From: Nitrosopumilus sp.
Lineage (GTDB): Archaea > Thermoproteota > Nitrososphaeria > Nitrososphaerales > Nitrosopumilaceae
Length of the DNA: 32,000 bases
Assembly: GCF_965263415.1 (NCBI RefSeq)
Contig: NZ_OZ253671.1
Coordinates: 1,322,347-1,354,346, forward strand
Direction of reading: 5' to 3'
The notes under the pieces are model-generated. The model was not told the DNA's origin, ran no database searches, and saw only the letters and a program-made list of their open reading frames with translations. The stretch's first letter is position 1. The number at the start of each line of letters is the position of its first letter. A program made the position numbers and the translations under genes. Below are positions 7,153-15,660 of the stretch, piece after piece.

Positions 7153-8622
7153 TTAACTTGCTTCTCCTTTGATTTCTTCTCTACTCTTAAACTCTGGAGT
7201 AATGCCAAGAGAATCGTAATTTCCAGATGCACAAGTAAAACACATAGAATCAGCAGGAATGCCTACTGCTGCTGCAAGATTTTCAGCATCATTGTATCCT
7301 AAAAAGTCAGCACCAATATCCTTTCTTACCATGTCAATGGTTTCTTCATCATTCAGGTCTTTTCCATTAGAAAATGTTGCAAGTTCTTCTTGAGATGGGA
7401 AATCAATTCCAGCATAACATGGAAATTTGATTGGAGGATATGTAATTACCATACTAATTTTTCTTGCACCAGCTCGTCGTAGTGCTTTAATGATAGCTTT
7501 GGAGCTTGTACCTCTAACTAGGCTGTCATCAATTACAACAACATGTTGTCCATCAATGATTTCTTTAATTGGAATAATCCAACGATTAATCTCTACTCTG
7601 TCTGTCTGATGAGGTTCAATGAAGCTTCGTAGTGGTCCTTTCTTACTATATCGGTCTTTGAGTAATCCTTCATCAAAAGATACACCAAGTTCTTGTGCAT
7701 ATCCTAATGCAGCAGGTCTTGCCGAATCAGGTACAGGAATAACCAAATCAGCATCTTTGATTGGGAATTTTTTTGCAAGGTATCGACCAATATTTTTTCT
7801 TGCAACATAGATGTTAGTTCCTTCCATGTTGCTAGTTGGATGAGCAAAGTAAGTAAATTCAAAAGAACAATGTGCACGTTTAGGCTCATCAGAAAACATT
7901 TCAGTGGCAATGCCATCTTTGCTCATTCGGATGAGTTCGCCAGGAGTTACATTTCGTTGCATCTTAGCTCCAACTGCAGAAACTGCAGAAGATTCTGAAG
8001 CAACAATGTAGGTATCATCAGATTCTTTGTGACCCAAAACCATTGGACGAAATCCTTTAGGATCACGTGCAGCAAAGACAGAATTATCATCAGAGATAAA
8101 AGTAAAACAATACGAGCCAACCATCTCATTTTTGAGAACTGACAGTGCTTTTCCCATTTGGCCATTTTCAGAAATTAATGAAACAAGTCTTTGAGCAGCA
8201 ACCAAAGTATCACTGGCATTTTGAGGAGTAAATGAACATCCACCCACCAAGTTTGATAATTCTTGGACATTAGCAATTGTTCCGTTATGAGCAACACAAA
8301 GATCCTTTACTTTGAGAGGCTGTGCATTTTCTAAGGAACTTCTACCCATAGTAGAATATCTTACGTGCCCAATCACACATGGCGAAGAGTATTCTTCTGC
8401 AATTGATTTGAATTCAGATGATGCAGCAGACACAAGACCTAATCTTTTGAGAGGAGGTTTGTTTGGAATCGCAAGACCCCATGCTTCTTGACCTCGATGT
8501 TGTAAAGCACGTAATGCATCAATTGCCATCGGGATTACATTCGCACCACTTAGACTATAGATACCAATAACACCACAATTTTCTTTTGGCTTGTCATCAA
8601 GAATATGCTGAGGTTTATCCAT
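7153..8622 (-). CDS. purF: Amidophosphoribosyltransferase
   Basis: Propeptide followed by the catalytic Cys in CGVIGI. PRTase loop VVVIDDSLVRGTS. Cys residues in PCYAGID and CFTCASG fit a 4Fe-4S type PurF. Confidence 0.95.
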   Translation of the reverse strand: MDKPQHILDDKPKENCGVIGIYSLSGANVIPMAIDALRALQHRGQEAWGLAIPNKPPLKRLGLVSAASSEFKSIAEEYSSPCVIGHVRYSTMGRSSLENAQPLKVKDLCVAHNGTIANVQELSNLVGGCSFTPQNASDTLVAAQRLVSLISENGQMGKALSVLKNEMVGSYCFTFISDDNSVFAARDPKGFRPMVLGHKESDDTYIVASESSAVSAVGAKMQRNVTPGELIRMSKDGIATEMFSDEPKRAHCSFEFTYFAHPTSNMEGTNIYVARKNIGRYLAKKFPIKDADLVIPVPDSARPAALGYAQELGVSFDEGLLKDRYSKKGPLRSFIEPHQTDRVEINRWIIPIKEIIDGQHVVVIDDSLVRGTSSKAIIKALRRAGARKISMVITYPPIKFPCYAGIDFPSQEELATFSNGKDLNDEETIDMVRKDIGADFLGYNDAENLAAAVGIPADSMCFTCASGNYDSLGITPEFKSREEIKGEAS

Positions 8623-10780
8623 GTAGTACCAAATCCTTTAACGAATTTAACCAAGTTTTTTGCGCTTTATCAACTCTTAGATCAATGATTGATTTTTTGC
8701 CCTTTGTAAATTGAATTTTTTCTCCTCCAAATTTACCTATAATGCTAAATGTTGTCTTGTTCTTTTTGAGGATTTTTTCAACTTGTGAGAGATTTTTCTT
8801 ATCAAATGTCAAAAGATAACGAGAGTGACTTTCTGAAAACAAGATTCTGTCTGCATCTAATTTTTTGGCAGGAACATTATTCAAATCAACTTTACATCCA
8901 ATCTGATTATTCATAGATAATTCAGATACTGCAACTGCCAATCCTCCTTTAGAGCAATCATGTACAGATTTCAAAAGTTTCTTTGGAATTATTTCTAAAA
9001 CAGATTTCATATTCTTTTTTGATTCTATAAAATCAACTGCAGGGCATCTTCCTCCAATGAATTTGAGAACATATTCAAAGTATTCTGAACCTCCAAGTTC
9101 ATCTTTAGTTTCTCCAACAATTATCAGGTAATCGTCATTATTGATTCTTTGAGGAATTTGTGGAGTTTTGTCAATTAGACCAATGACACCAATTAAGGGA
9201 GTAGGCTTGATAGGACCATTTGGAGTTTCATTATATAGGCTCACTTTTCCTCCAACACATGGAATTTTGAAGTCTTTTGCAAAGTCAGTTAATCCTTTTA
9301 GAGATTCTAAAAATGTCCAAAATATTTCGGGGTCTTTTGGATTACCAAATTGAAGATGGTCTAACATTCCAATTGGTTTTGCACCAGTACAGACAACATT
9401 TCTGCATGCTTCCTCAAAACATCCAATTGCACCTTCTCTTGGATTAATGTAACATTGTTTTGGATTACCATCTATTTTGATTGAAAGGAATTTTCCATTA
9501 TCTAATCTCAGCACCGATGCATCTCTACCAGGTTTTACTACAGTTCTAATTCCAACCTCATGATCATATTGTCCATATACCCAAATCTTGCTTGCAATGT
9601 TTGGTGATGAAAGTAGTTTCATCATAGTTTTAGAATAGTCTGAAATTGGTTTGAGTTTCTTTTCTTTTTCAAGATTCTTTAGATATGCAGGCTCTTTTGA
9701 AGGCAAATCAAGCAATGTTGCATTTGCAACAACATCAGTTGGAAGATGTGCAAATGTTTTTTTGCCTTTTTTGACATGCATTTGATTATCAGATTTAACA
9801 GTACCAATAACAGAACAGCCAATTCTGAATTTCTTGCAGATTTCTTGTAGTTTTTTAAATTTAATTTTACTAGTTACAATTAACATTCTTTCTTGAGATT
9901 CTGAAACCATAATCTCATCAGGATGCATGTCAGACTCTCTTGTGTGTACCTTGTCTACATCCATCTCAATTCCTATCTCCAATGCATCAGCAGTTTCAGA
10001 AATTGCACAGGACAATCCACCACCACCCAAGTCTTTCATTGCATGGATGAGTTTTTCATTTCTTGCCTCCAAGATTGCTTCAATAATTAATTTTTCAATA
10101 AATGGATCAGGAATTTGAACAGCAGAGCGGTCTTCAGATTCTAGTGAATCAGATGCAAATTGAGAACCTCCAATTCCATCTCTGCCTGTAGAGCCACCCA
10201 TCAATACAACAATGTCACCTTTTTTGGCATGGTTTTTGATCAAATTCTCTTTTTTACCAAAGCCAACAGCAGCAACATCGACTAGTGCATAATTTTCATA
10301 ACATTCATCAAATTCAACCTCACCACCAATTGTTGGAATTCCCAAACAGTTTCCATAATCAGCAATTCCAGTAACAGCATTTTTGAACAACCATCTTGCT
10401 TGTTGGTCCTTTTCAATATCTCCAAATCTCAACCCATCAAAGATTGCAATGGGTCTTGTTCCAGCAGATAAGATGTCACGAATTACACCACCAACACCAG
10501 TTGCAGCTCCACCATATGGTTCTACAGCTGAAGGATGATTGTGACTTTCAATGTGAGCAGTAACAACATAGCCACCGCCAACATCCAAAACACCAGAATC
10601 ATATCCTTTCTCAGTAATAACAAGAGGGCCTTTCATTGGCAGCATTTTGAGGTGTCTTTTTGATGATTTGTAAGAACAGTGTTCAGACCATTCTGCTGCA
10701 ATAATTTGTAATTCAGTAGAAGTGGGTTCTCTTCCAATTTTAGATTTTAATTCAGTTAGTTCTTGAGGTTCCAAACTCAA
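8615..10780 (-). CDS. purL: Phosphoribosylformylglycinamidine synthase subunit PurL (FGAM synthase II)
   Basis: 721 aa. SEHCSYKSS motif and duplicated AIR-synthase-like domains (GGVIRD, ESQERM). TTG start overlaps the purQ stop by 4 nt, and the 3' end overlaps the purF start by 8 nt. Confidence 0.95.
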   Translation of the reverse strand: MSLEPQELTELKSKIGREPTSTELQIIAAEWSEHCSYKSSKRHLKMLPMKGPLVITEKGYDSGVLDVGGGYVVTAHIESHNHPSAVEPYGGAATGVGGVIRDILSAGTRPIAIFDGLRFGDIEKDQQARWLFKNAVTGIADYGNCLGIPTIGGEVEFDECYENYALVDVAAVGFGKKENLIKNHAKKGDIVVLMGGSTGRDGIGGSQFASDSLESEDRSAVQIPDPFIEKLIIEAILEARNEKLIHAMKDLGGGGLSCAISETADALEIGIEMDVDKVHTRESDMHPDEIMVSESQERMLIVTSKIKFKKLQEICKKFRIGCSVIGTVKSDNQMHVKKGKKTFAHLPTDVVANATLLDLPSKEPAYLKNLEKEKKLKPISDYSKTMMKLLSSPNIASKIWVYGQYDHEVGIRTVVKPGRDASVLRLDNGKFLSIKIDGNPKQCYINPREGAIGCFEEACRNVVCTGAKPIGMLDHLQFGNPKDPEIFWTFLESLKGLTDFAKDFKIPCVGGKVSLYNETPNGPIKPTPLIGVIGLIDKTPQIPQRINNDDYLIIVGETKDELGGSEYFEYVLKFIGGRCPAVDFIESKKNMKSVLEIIPKKLLKSVHDCSKGGLAVAVSELSMNNQIGCKVDLNNVPAKKLDADRILFSESHSRYLLTFDKKNLSQVEKILKKNKTTFSIIGKFGGEKIQFTKGKKSIIDLRVDKAQKTWLNSLKDLVLHG

Positions 10781-11457
10781 TTGCTTACACCCATTTTAGA
10801 TAATAGAGATTCGAAAATTAAAGAAGATGGTTTGTTATCAATTGGATTAATTTCTGATTCAACTGCTCGTTCAGGATGAGGCATCATGCCAACAACATTT
10901 CCATCTTCATTGCAAACGCCTGCTATTCTGTTTGAAGACCCATTTACCACTTCATCATATCTAAACACAATTTGATTTTTCTTCTTTAGTTCTTTTAGAG
11001 TGTCATCATCAACATAGTATCTTCCTTCACCATTTGCGATAGGAATTGGAATTTTTTGTCGTAGTTTGAACTGATTTGTAAACGGAGTCTTGTTGTTCTC
11101 TACAACGAGATTTGTCCATTCACACATAAAGTTAAGAGATTCATTTTTGAGCAAAACACCTGGCAAGAGACCAGATTCAACTAGAATTTGAAATCCATTA
11201 CAAACGCCTAAAACAGGGATTCCTTTTTTTGCCATTTTTTGAACATCTTTGATAATAGGACTATGGGCAGCAATTACTCCAGCGCGAAGTCTATCACCAT
11301 AAGAAAATCCACCTGGAAGAATTACAGCATCTATGTTTTTTGGTAGAGACTTTTCATGCCAATAGTATTGAGCATCAAGATTAAAGACGTCAGTTAAAAC
11401 ATGGTACATGTCACGATCACAATTACTACCAGGAAAAACTACAACTCCAACTTTCAC
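10777..11457 (-). CDS. purQ: Phosphoribosylformylglycinamidine synthase subunit PurQ (glutaminase)
   Basis: Class-I amidotransferase with nucleophile elbow GVCNGFQ and MMPHPER. The ORF track begins at TTG 11478, but GTG at 11457 gives the canonical (M)KVGVVVFPGSNCD N-terminus. Start is uncertain by 21 nt. Confidence 0.92.
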   Translation of the reverse strand: MKVGVVVFPGSNCDRDMYHVLTDVFNLDAQYYWHEKSLPKNIDAVILPGGFSYGDRLRAGVIAAHSPIIKDVQKMAKKGIPVLGVCNGFQILVESGLLPGVLLKNESLNFMCEWTNLVVENNKTPFTNQFKLRQKIPIPIANGEGRYYVDDDTLKELKKKNQIVFRYDEVVNGSSNRIAGVCNEDGNVVGMMPHPERAVESEINPIDNKPSSLIFESLLSKMGVSN

Positions 11458-11534
11458 AATTACAATTAGATCTCGCAATATTTAATTTGAGTCTAGTCAG
11501 AAAAAATTATTAGTAGAAATACAATCGTGATCGC

Positions 11535-11716
11535 ATGACTCATGTACGAGACATTATGCAAAAAATGTCATTACTATCAACCACAACAAAATCGCGTACG
11601 ATGCAGTAATAATTCTAAAATAAAAAGAGATCAGTTTTTTGGCAATGGTTGAAAATGAAAAATTAGGAGCCATCAATTAAACAAACTTGGCAGAATTTTT
11701 CGCAGTAAATTTTTGA
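11535..11716 (+). pseudogene. Decayed single CBS-domain gene (frameshift in an A6 run plus in-frame stops)
   Basis: Frame 1 reads MTHVRDIMQK. After a 1-nt slip in the A run (11560-11565), the next frame reads NVITINHNKIAYDAVIILK*KEISFLAMVENEKLGAIN*TNLAEFFAVNF*. Together this matches the CBS consensus (v.DIM.knvitv....a..lm....is.lpVvengklvGii...dl). Confidence 0.55.
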
Positions 11717-11753
11717 TTAATGGAATGTCAGATAACATAGATTCTGAAAAATC

Positions 11754-12014
11754 CTAGGCATCAAAAACATCAATTGTGACTTTACTTACCATTGGATTAT
11801 AGATACGCAAGTCATCACAAATTTCTTGAACTTTAGATTGAGCAGTTTTTTTGTCCTTTTCCTTGATTGTGAATTTTAGCATTTTGGCAGTTTTGATTTT
11901 TGATACAGTTTTGTGAGTTCCTTTTAGAACTAGATCATTTAGTATAGTATCACCTTCAGGATCACTAATTCCAGGCTTGTTTTCAATGGTTACATGAACA
12001 TTGTATGTTGCCAT
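11754..12014 (-). CDS. purS: Phosphoribosylformylglycinamidine synthase subunit PurS
   Basis: 86 aa. The KPGISDPEG motif and size are typical of PurS. Adjacent to purQ/purL. Confidence 0.9.
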   Translation of the reverse strand: MATYNVHVTIENKPGISDPEGDTILNDLVLKGTHKTVSKIKTAKMLKFTIKEKDKKTAQSKVQEICDDLRIYNPMVSKVTIDVFDA

Positions 12015-12161
12015 AATAATTTGCAGAATTGAGTGGAGGTTAATCTATCTTCCGAATAATTTTGTGCTTTTATACTTATTTTGAAATAATCAGTAAAGTT
12101 TCCGATTCTGAGGACTTGTGTTGTGCAGATATTACCCAGCCCAGAATCGGTTACTTTGAAT

Positions 12162-12536
12162 TCAATTGTTTTTTACAAATTCAGTATATTTTCGATATAA
12201 TCCAGATACATAATGAGGATTTTCAATGATGAGTTGTTGTTTTTTCAAATCTTCTTTTGATTGAAACATCTCCTTTTCAATTATTCCTTGGTTGTCTAGA
12301 GTAATGCATAGATCTTGCCATGCAAAAACTTCAGATATGTTTCGATTAGCAGTTGCATGATAGACGTACAACAAACGAAGTTTGTTGCATTCATCTTGAG
12401 TCATGGTTTTTCCCAAAACACAATCTCTTTTCAAAGACTGAAAGTATACCAATCCATTAGCAGTCAAAACATAATCAAAGAGTTTTGGATAATCATCAAT
12501 AACTATTGGATAAAGAGGATTTTTTTGTTCTGCCAT
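12162..12536 (-). CDS. Hypothetical protein (124 aa)
   Basis: Clean ORF with an ATG start, 47 nt downstream of the small RHH gene on the same strand. No recognised family. Confidence 0.65.
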   Translation of the reverse strand: MAEQKNPLYPIVIDDYPKLFDYVLTANGLVYFQSLKRDCVLGKTMTQDECNKLRLLYVYHATANRNISEVFAWQDLCITLDNQGIIEKEMFQSKEDLKKQQLIIENPHYVSGLYRKYTEFVKNN

Positions 12537-12583
12537 ACTTAATCAAGATTAGGAATAGTAAATGAACAATTACATTGTTGCAA

Positions 12584-12739
12584 CTATGCCTTGTATTTTT
12601 TTAATCCTTCACTTAGAACCAAATTCAAAACATGTGAAAAACTGACTGAGTTTGATGATGTTCTGATCATCTTTGCTTGAATATTGCGTAGTTTTTCAGA
12701 ATACTCAGTTTTCAGTACAACAGTGATTCGATCTCCCAA
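12584..12739 (-). CDS. Ribbon-helix-helix (CopG/Arc-like) small DNA-binding protein, 51 aa; below the ORF-track cutoff
   Basis: Hand-translated codon by codon as (TTG)MGDRITVVLKTEYSEKLRNIQAKMIRTSSNSVSFSHVLNLVLSEGLKKYKA*. It shows a beta-strand (RITVVL) then helix-turn-helix pattern typical of RHH. A TATA box is centred about 25 nt upstream of the start. Confidence 0.6.
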   Translation of the reverse strand: MGDRITVVLKTEYSEKLRNIQAKMIRTSSNSVSFSHVLNLVLSEGLKKYKA

Positions 12740-12760
12740 CGTACACTATGCTTGTTTTTC

Positions 12761-12768
12761 ATATAAAA
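12761..12768 (-). promoter_or_regulatory. TATA box (TTTTATAT on the minus strand) for the RHH gene, spacing consistent with a leaderless mRNA
   Basis: Plus-strand atataaaa at 12761-12768. There are 21 nt between the box and the TTG start at 12739. Confidence 0.4.
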
Positions 12769-12853
12769 GAGGGGCGATGAATTGCCATAATTAGAAATTA
12801 GTCATAGTCAGGCAATATTGGAATTTATATCAGATGAATTTTGATAAATCAAT

Positions 12854-13318
12854 ATGCCAAGATCAAGATATTGGAAAATTACAGCAGATGAAATGGAAGG
12901 TTTTAGCTATAATGAAAAGAATTTGTTAAATTGGGAGATAAAATGTATCAGAGAACCAGAAGATGAAGCACATTTTATCGGAGTTTTCATGTATAGAAAT
13001 GGAACAGCATTTGACTATGAGTCAGTTAAAGGAGTTTGTTATTTTCACAATAATATAGATAGAAAAGAACTTCCTGAAATTACCAGTTTCCTTCAAGGAA
13101 AGTTTGGAGGTAAAGAGATGGAGAAAGGAGAAAGGATTTTCTTAAAGGATTCACAGGAAATCTATTCAAGTAAAGATCTTACAAATCTAGCAAAAGAGAT
13201 GGAATCTAAATTCAACACAAAGGCCATAATTTCATTAGAATTTGAGGGGGTCTCCATAGAACAACTCAAAGAAGAGGGATTGCCTGAAGCAAAACTATTG
13301 CCAATTCCCGGCAAATAG
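12854..13318 (+). CDS. Hypothetical protein (154 aa)
   Basis: ATG ORF with balanced composition, 27 nt upstream of tatC. No recognised family. Confidence 0.7.
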   Translation: MPRSRYWKITADEMEGFSYNEKNLLNWEIKCIREPEDEAHFIGVFMYRNGTAFDYESVKGVCYFHNNIDRKELPEITSFLQGKFGGKEMEKGERIFLKDSQEIYSSKDLTNLAKEMESKFNTKAIISLEFEGVSIEQLKEEGLPEAKLLPIPGK

Positions 13319-13345
13319 ATATAGCTTAATGCGCAATGAGAACCG

Positions 13346-14137
13346 ATGTCAGAGTTGGATGGTATCAACCAACATTTTGAAGAATTAAGAAAAAGACTAC
13401 TTAGAATTGTCTTAGTAATTGGTATCATTACAGGATTCATTCTGACATTTCATGCTGAACCAATTCAAGTTGGCCAAACCACATTATACTATCCAACACC
13501 TGAGCCGTTAAACAACATTGCAGCACAAATTACCAACCACATGAAAGAGAATCTCGTACCAGAGGATGTTCAATTAATTCAAACAGCTCCAGGTCAAGCA
13601 TTCTTTGCACAAGTCTACATTGCAGCACTTGTTGGAATTGTAGTTGGCATGCCAGTAATTGTCAAGGAATTAGTAGGATTCATCAAACCAGCTCTTAAAG
13701 AAAATGAAATTAATGTTAGTCGAAGCATTACAATTCCTTCATTAGGATTGTTTATTGCAGGATGTGCATTTTCGTATAATCTAGTAATTCCATACATCTT
13801 AGAATTTTTGTACAGATATGGTGAATCTGCAGGATTGGTCACATTTCTTAATGTAATAGAATTTGTTACATTTGTGCTACAATTTTTGTTAGCATTTGGG
13901 TTTTCATTTCAACTTCCTCTTGTAATGTATGCAATATCTGCATCAGGCATGGTTGATGCGGATTTTTGGCGAAAAAATATCAGATATGCAATTGTCATAA
14001 TTGTGATCTTTGGTGCAGTTATTACTCCTGATGGCAGTGGTGTTACTATGTGGTTTATTGCAGGACCAATGATTGCATTGTACGTTACAGGCATGACGCT
14101 CATTGAGCGTAAAGAACGTAAAAAGTTGAACACTTAA
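13346..14137 (+). CDS. tatC: Twin-arginine translocase subunit TatC
   Basis: 263 aa with six hydrophobic segments. N-terminal HFEELRKRLLR motif and overall TatC-like pattern. Confidence 0.92.
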   Translation: MSELDGINQHFEELRKRLLRIVLVIGIITGFILTFHAEPIQVGQTTLYYPTPEPLNNIAAQITNHMKENLVPEDVQLIQTAPGQAFFAQVYIAALVGIVVGMPVIVKELVGFIKPALKENEINVSRSITIPSLGLFIAGCAFSYNLVIPYILEFLYRYGESAGLVTFLNVIEFVTFVLQFLLAFGFSFQLPLVMYAISASGMVDADFWRKNIRYAIVIIVIFGAVITPDGSGVTMWFIAGPMIALYVTGMTLIERKERKKLNT

Positions 14138-14165
14138 ATCCGAATTTAGTTAAAGACACACAGAA

Positions 14166-14372
14166 ATGTTTGGAATGAATTTAGCCAATTTCATTGCAGG
14201 TCAAGAATGGATTTTCATTATTGTTATTGCAGTAGTGTTGATTTTTGGCGCGAAAAAAATTCCAGAACTTGCAAAGACCTTTGGTAAAGCAAAAGGCGAA
14301 TTTGAGAAAGGCAAAATTGAAGGCGAAAAAGAACTAAAAGACTTCAAAGATAAAGAAGCAAAATCAGATTAA
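14166..14372 (+). CDS. tatA: Twin-arginine translocase subunit TatA/E
   Basis: 68 aa. Single TM (WIFIIVIAVVLIFG), then the hinge and amphipathic helix AKKIPELAKTFGKAKGEF. Adjacent to tatC. Confidence 0.9.
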   Translation: MFGMNLANFIAGQEWIFIIVIAVVLIFGAKKIPELAKTFGKAKGEFEKGKIEGEKELKDFKDKEAKSD

Positions 14373-14797
14373 TTTTCAGTGATTTTAATAAAATTATCTA
14401 GTATTTCTTCGTAATTTTCTTGGTATCGATTTTTAGAAAACATACCACCAAATTTCATCTTTCCTTTTAGTTTCAAATCCACATCAACTAGGATTTTCGT
14501 GCCTTGAGGAGTTTCAATGAATTGTTCTTGAATGTGAGAGCCCTTTGCATCACCTCCAATGATAAAGACATCATGAAGTACAGGTTCATCAGTAACATGT
14601 TTTGCCATTACCACCAATTCGTCATCTCCCAAAATCAAATGCTCTTCAACTACTGCAATATTATCTCGGATAGAACGTATTCGTATTGATGGAAAAAATT
14701 TAGGAGATATTTTTTGATAGTTTTCAAAATCTGAAAAAACTTTGTAAACAGTATCTCTATTAGCAGTACTAATTTTTTCAAAAGAGAATTGTGGCAA
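14369..14797 (-). CDS. SRPBCC (START/polyketide-cyclase-like) family protein
   Basis: STANRDTVYKVFSDFENYQKISPKFFPSIRI is the typical SRPBCC N-terminal pattern. The ORF track extends to 14872, overlapping ubiX. TTG at 14797 ((M)PQFSFEKI...) removes the overlap. Confidence 0.65.
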   Translation of the reverse strand: MPQFSFEKISTANRDTVYKVFSDFENYQKISPKFFPSIRIRSIRDNIAVVEEHLILGDDELVVMAKHVTDEPVLHDVFIIGGDAKGSHIQEQFIETPQGTKILVDVDLKLKGKMKFGGMFSKNRYQENYEEILDNFIKITEN

Positions 14798-14804
14798 TTG
14801 TAAT

Positions 14805-15362
14805 TTAAGAAGAACCCCATCTAGGGTATAAATTATGTTCAATGTCGAATTGGTCCAAGCATTTTCCAACACCGTGATTCACAATATCATCAATGGATTG
14901 AGGTTTGGTGTAAAATTCAGTTACAGGAGGTAAAATGACAATACCCAATCTTGAAAGTTTCAACATGTTTTCCAAATGAATTGCAGACAATGGAGTTTCT
15001 CTTACCATTAGAATTAATTTTCTAGATTCTTTGATTGTAACTCCAGCTGCACGTGCAACCAAAGTATCATCATATCCATTTGCAATTGCAGCCAATGTTT
15101 TCATACTACAGGGTGCAACAATCATTCCGTCAATTCTATGAGTACCACTAGAAACACTTGCAGCCATGTTCTGTTCATCAGAGATTTCAGTTGCAAGAGA
15201 TTTTACATAATCAACAGTAAATTCAGTCTCCATTGGAATGCATTTTGCACCCCATTCAGACATTATCAAATGAGTCTCAATGTTTAATTTTTTTAGAGTC
15301 TCAAGCATTCGGATTCCATAAATTACTCCAGTACTGCCTGTAATTCCAATAATTAGTTTCAA
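14805..15362 (-). CDS. ubiX: UbiX-family flavin prenyltransferase
   Basis: 185 aa. MKLIIGITGSTGVIYGIRMLE..., APCSMKTLAAIANG and ETPLS motifs of UbiX/Pad1 flavoproteins. Confidence 0.9.
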   Translation of the reverse strand: MKLIIGITGSTGVIYGIRMLETLKKLNIETHLIMSEWGAKCIPMETEFTVDYVKSLATEISDEQNMAASVSSGTHRIDGMIVAPCSMKTLAAIANGYDDTLVARAAGVTIKESRKLILMVRETPLSAIHLENMLKLSRLGIVILPPVTEFYTKPQSIDDIVNHGVGKCLDQFDIEHNLYPRWGSS

Positions 15363-15419
15363 TAAAGATCATTACAATACAGAGTATTTTATGTATTAGA
15401 TGAAATGGTATCCTTAGCA

Positions 15420-15569
15420 CTAGATAGAAGACTCGTCATTTTTGAAAGATGCCTCAAACTCTTTTCTCTCTCGTCTTCGTTTTATCCAAAGACTGATTCC
15501 TCCAACAGCCATAGCAGTTAGTAGTATTACCCCTGCCATCTGTAATTCAAAATGATACAGCACAACCAT
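15420..15569 (-). CDS. Possible small single-TM protein (49 aa, or 39 aa from ATG 15539)
   Basis: Hand-translated as MVVLYHFELQMAGVILLTAMAVGGISLWIKRRRERKEFEASFKNDESSI*. A TM helix is followed by a positive cluster. Not in the ORF track because it is under 60 aa. Confidence 0.35.
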   Translation of the reverse strand: MVVLYHFELQMAGVILLTAMAVGGISLWIKRRRERKEFEASFKNDESSI

Positions 15570-15630
15570 GTTCAAACGACAATTCAGAAAAATCTTGTGA
15601 TTCTAGTCGATCCTAAAAAATGAAAATTAG

Positions 15631-15639
15631 CTATATTAG
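15631..15639 (+). promoter_or_regulatory. TATA-like box (CTATATTAG) about 25 nt upstream of the purP GTG start
   Basis: The spacing to 15661 fits an archaeal TATA-to-TSS distance, implying a leaderless or near-leaderless purP mRNA. Confidence 0.35.
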
Positions 15640-15660
15640 ATCCTAGTTTCAAGGAATCAT

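Noticed and set aside
7427-10118. Several 60-72-aa ORFs inside purF and purL on either strand.
   Set aside because: They are fully embedded in confidently identified conserved genes and are typical shadow ORFs.
12102-12150. 9-11-bp inverted repeat (CCGATTCTG...CAGAATCGG) with a 31-nt loop between the 124-aa gene and purS.
   Set aside because: It could be a transcript-end hairpin, but the loop is long, there is no adjacent T tract and no second copy. I could not distinguish it from chance.
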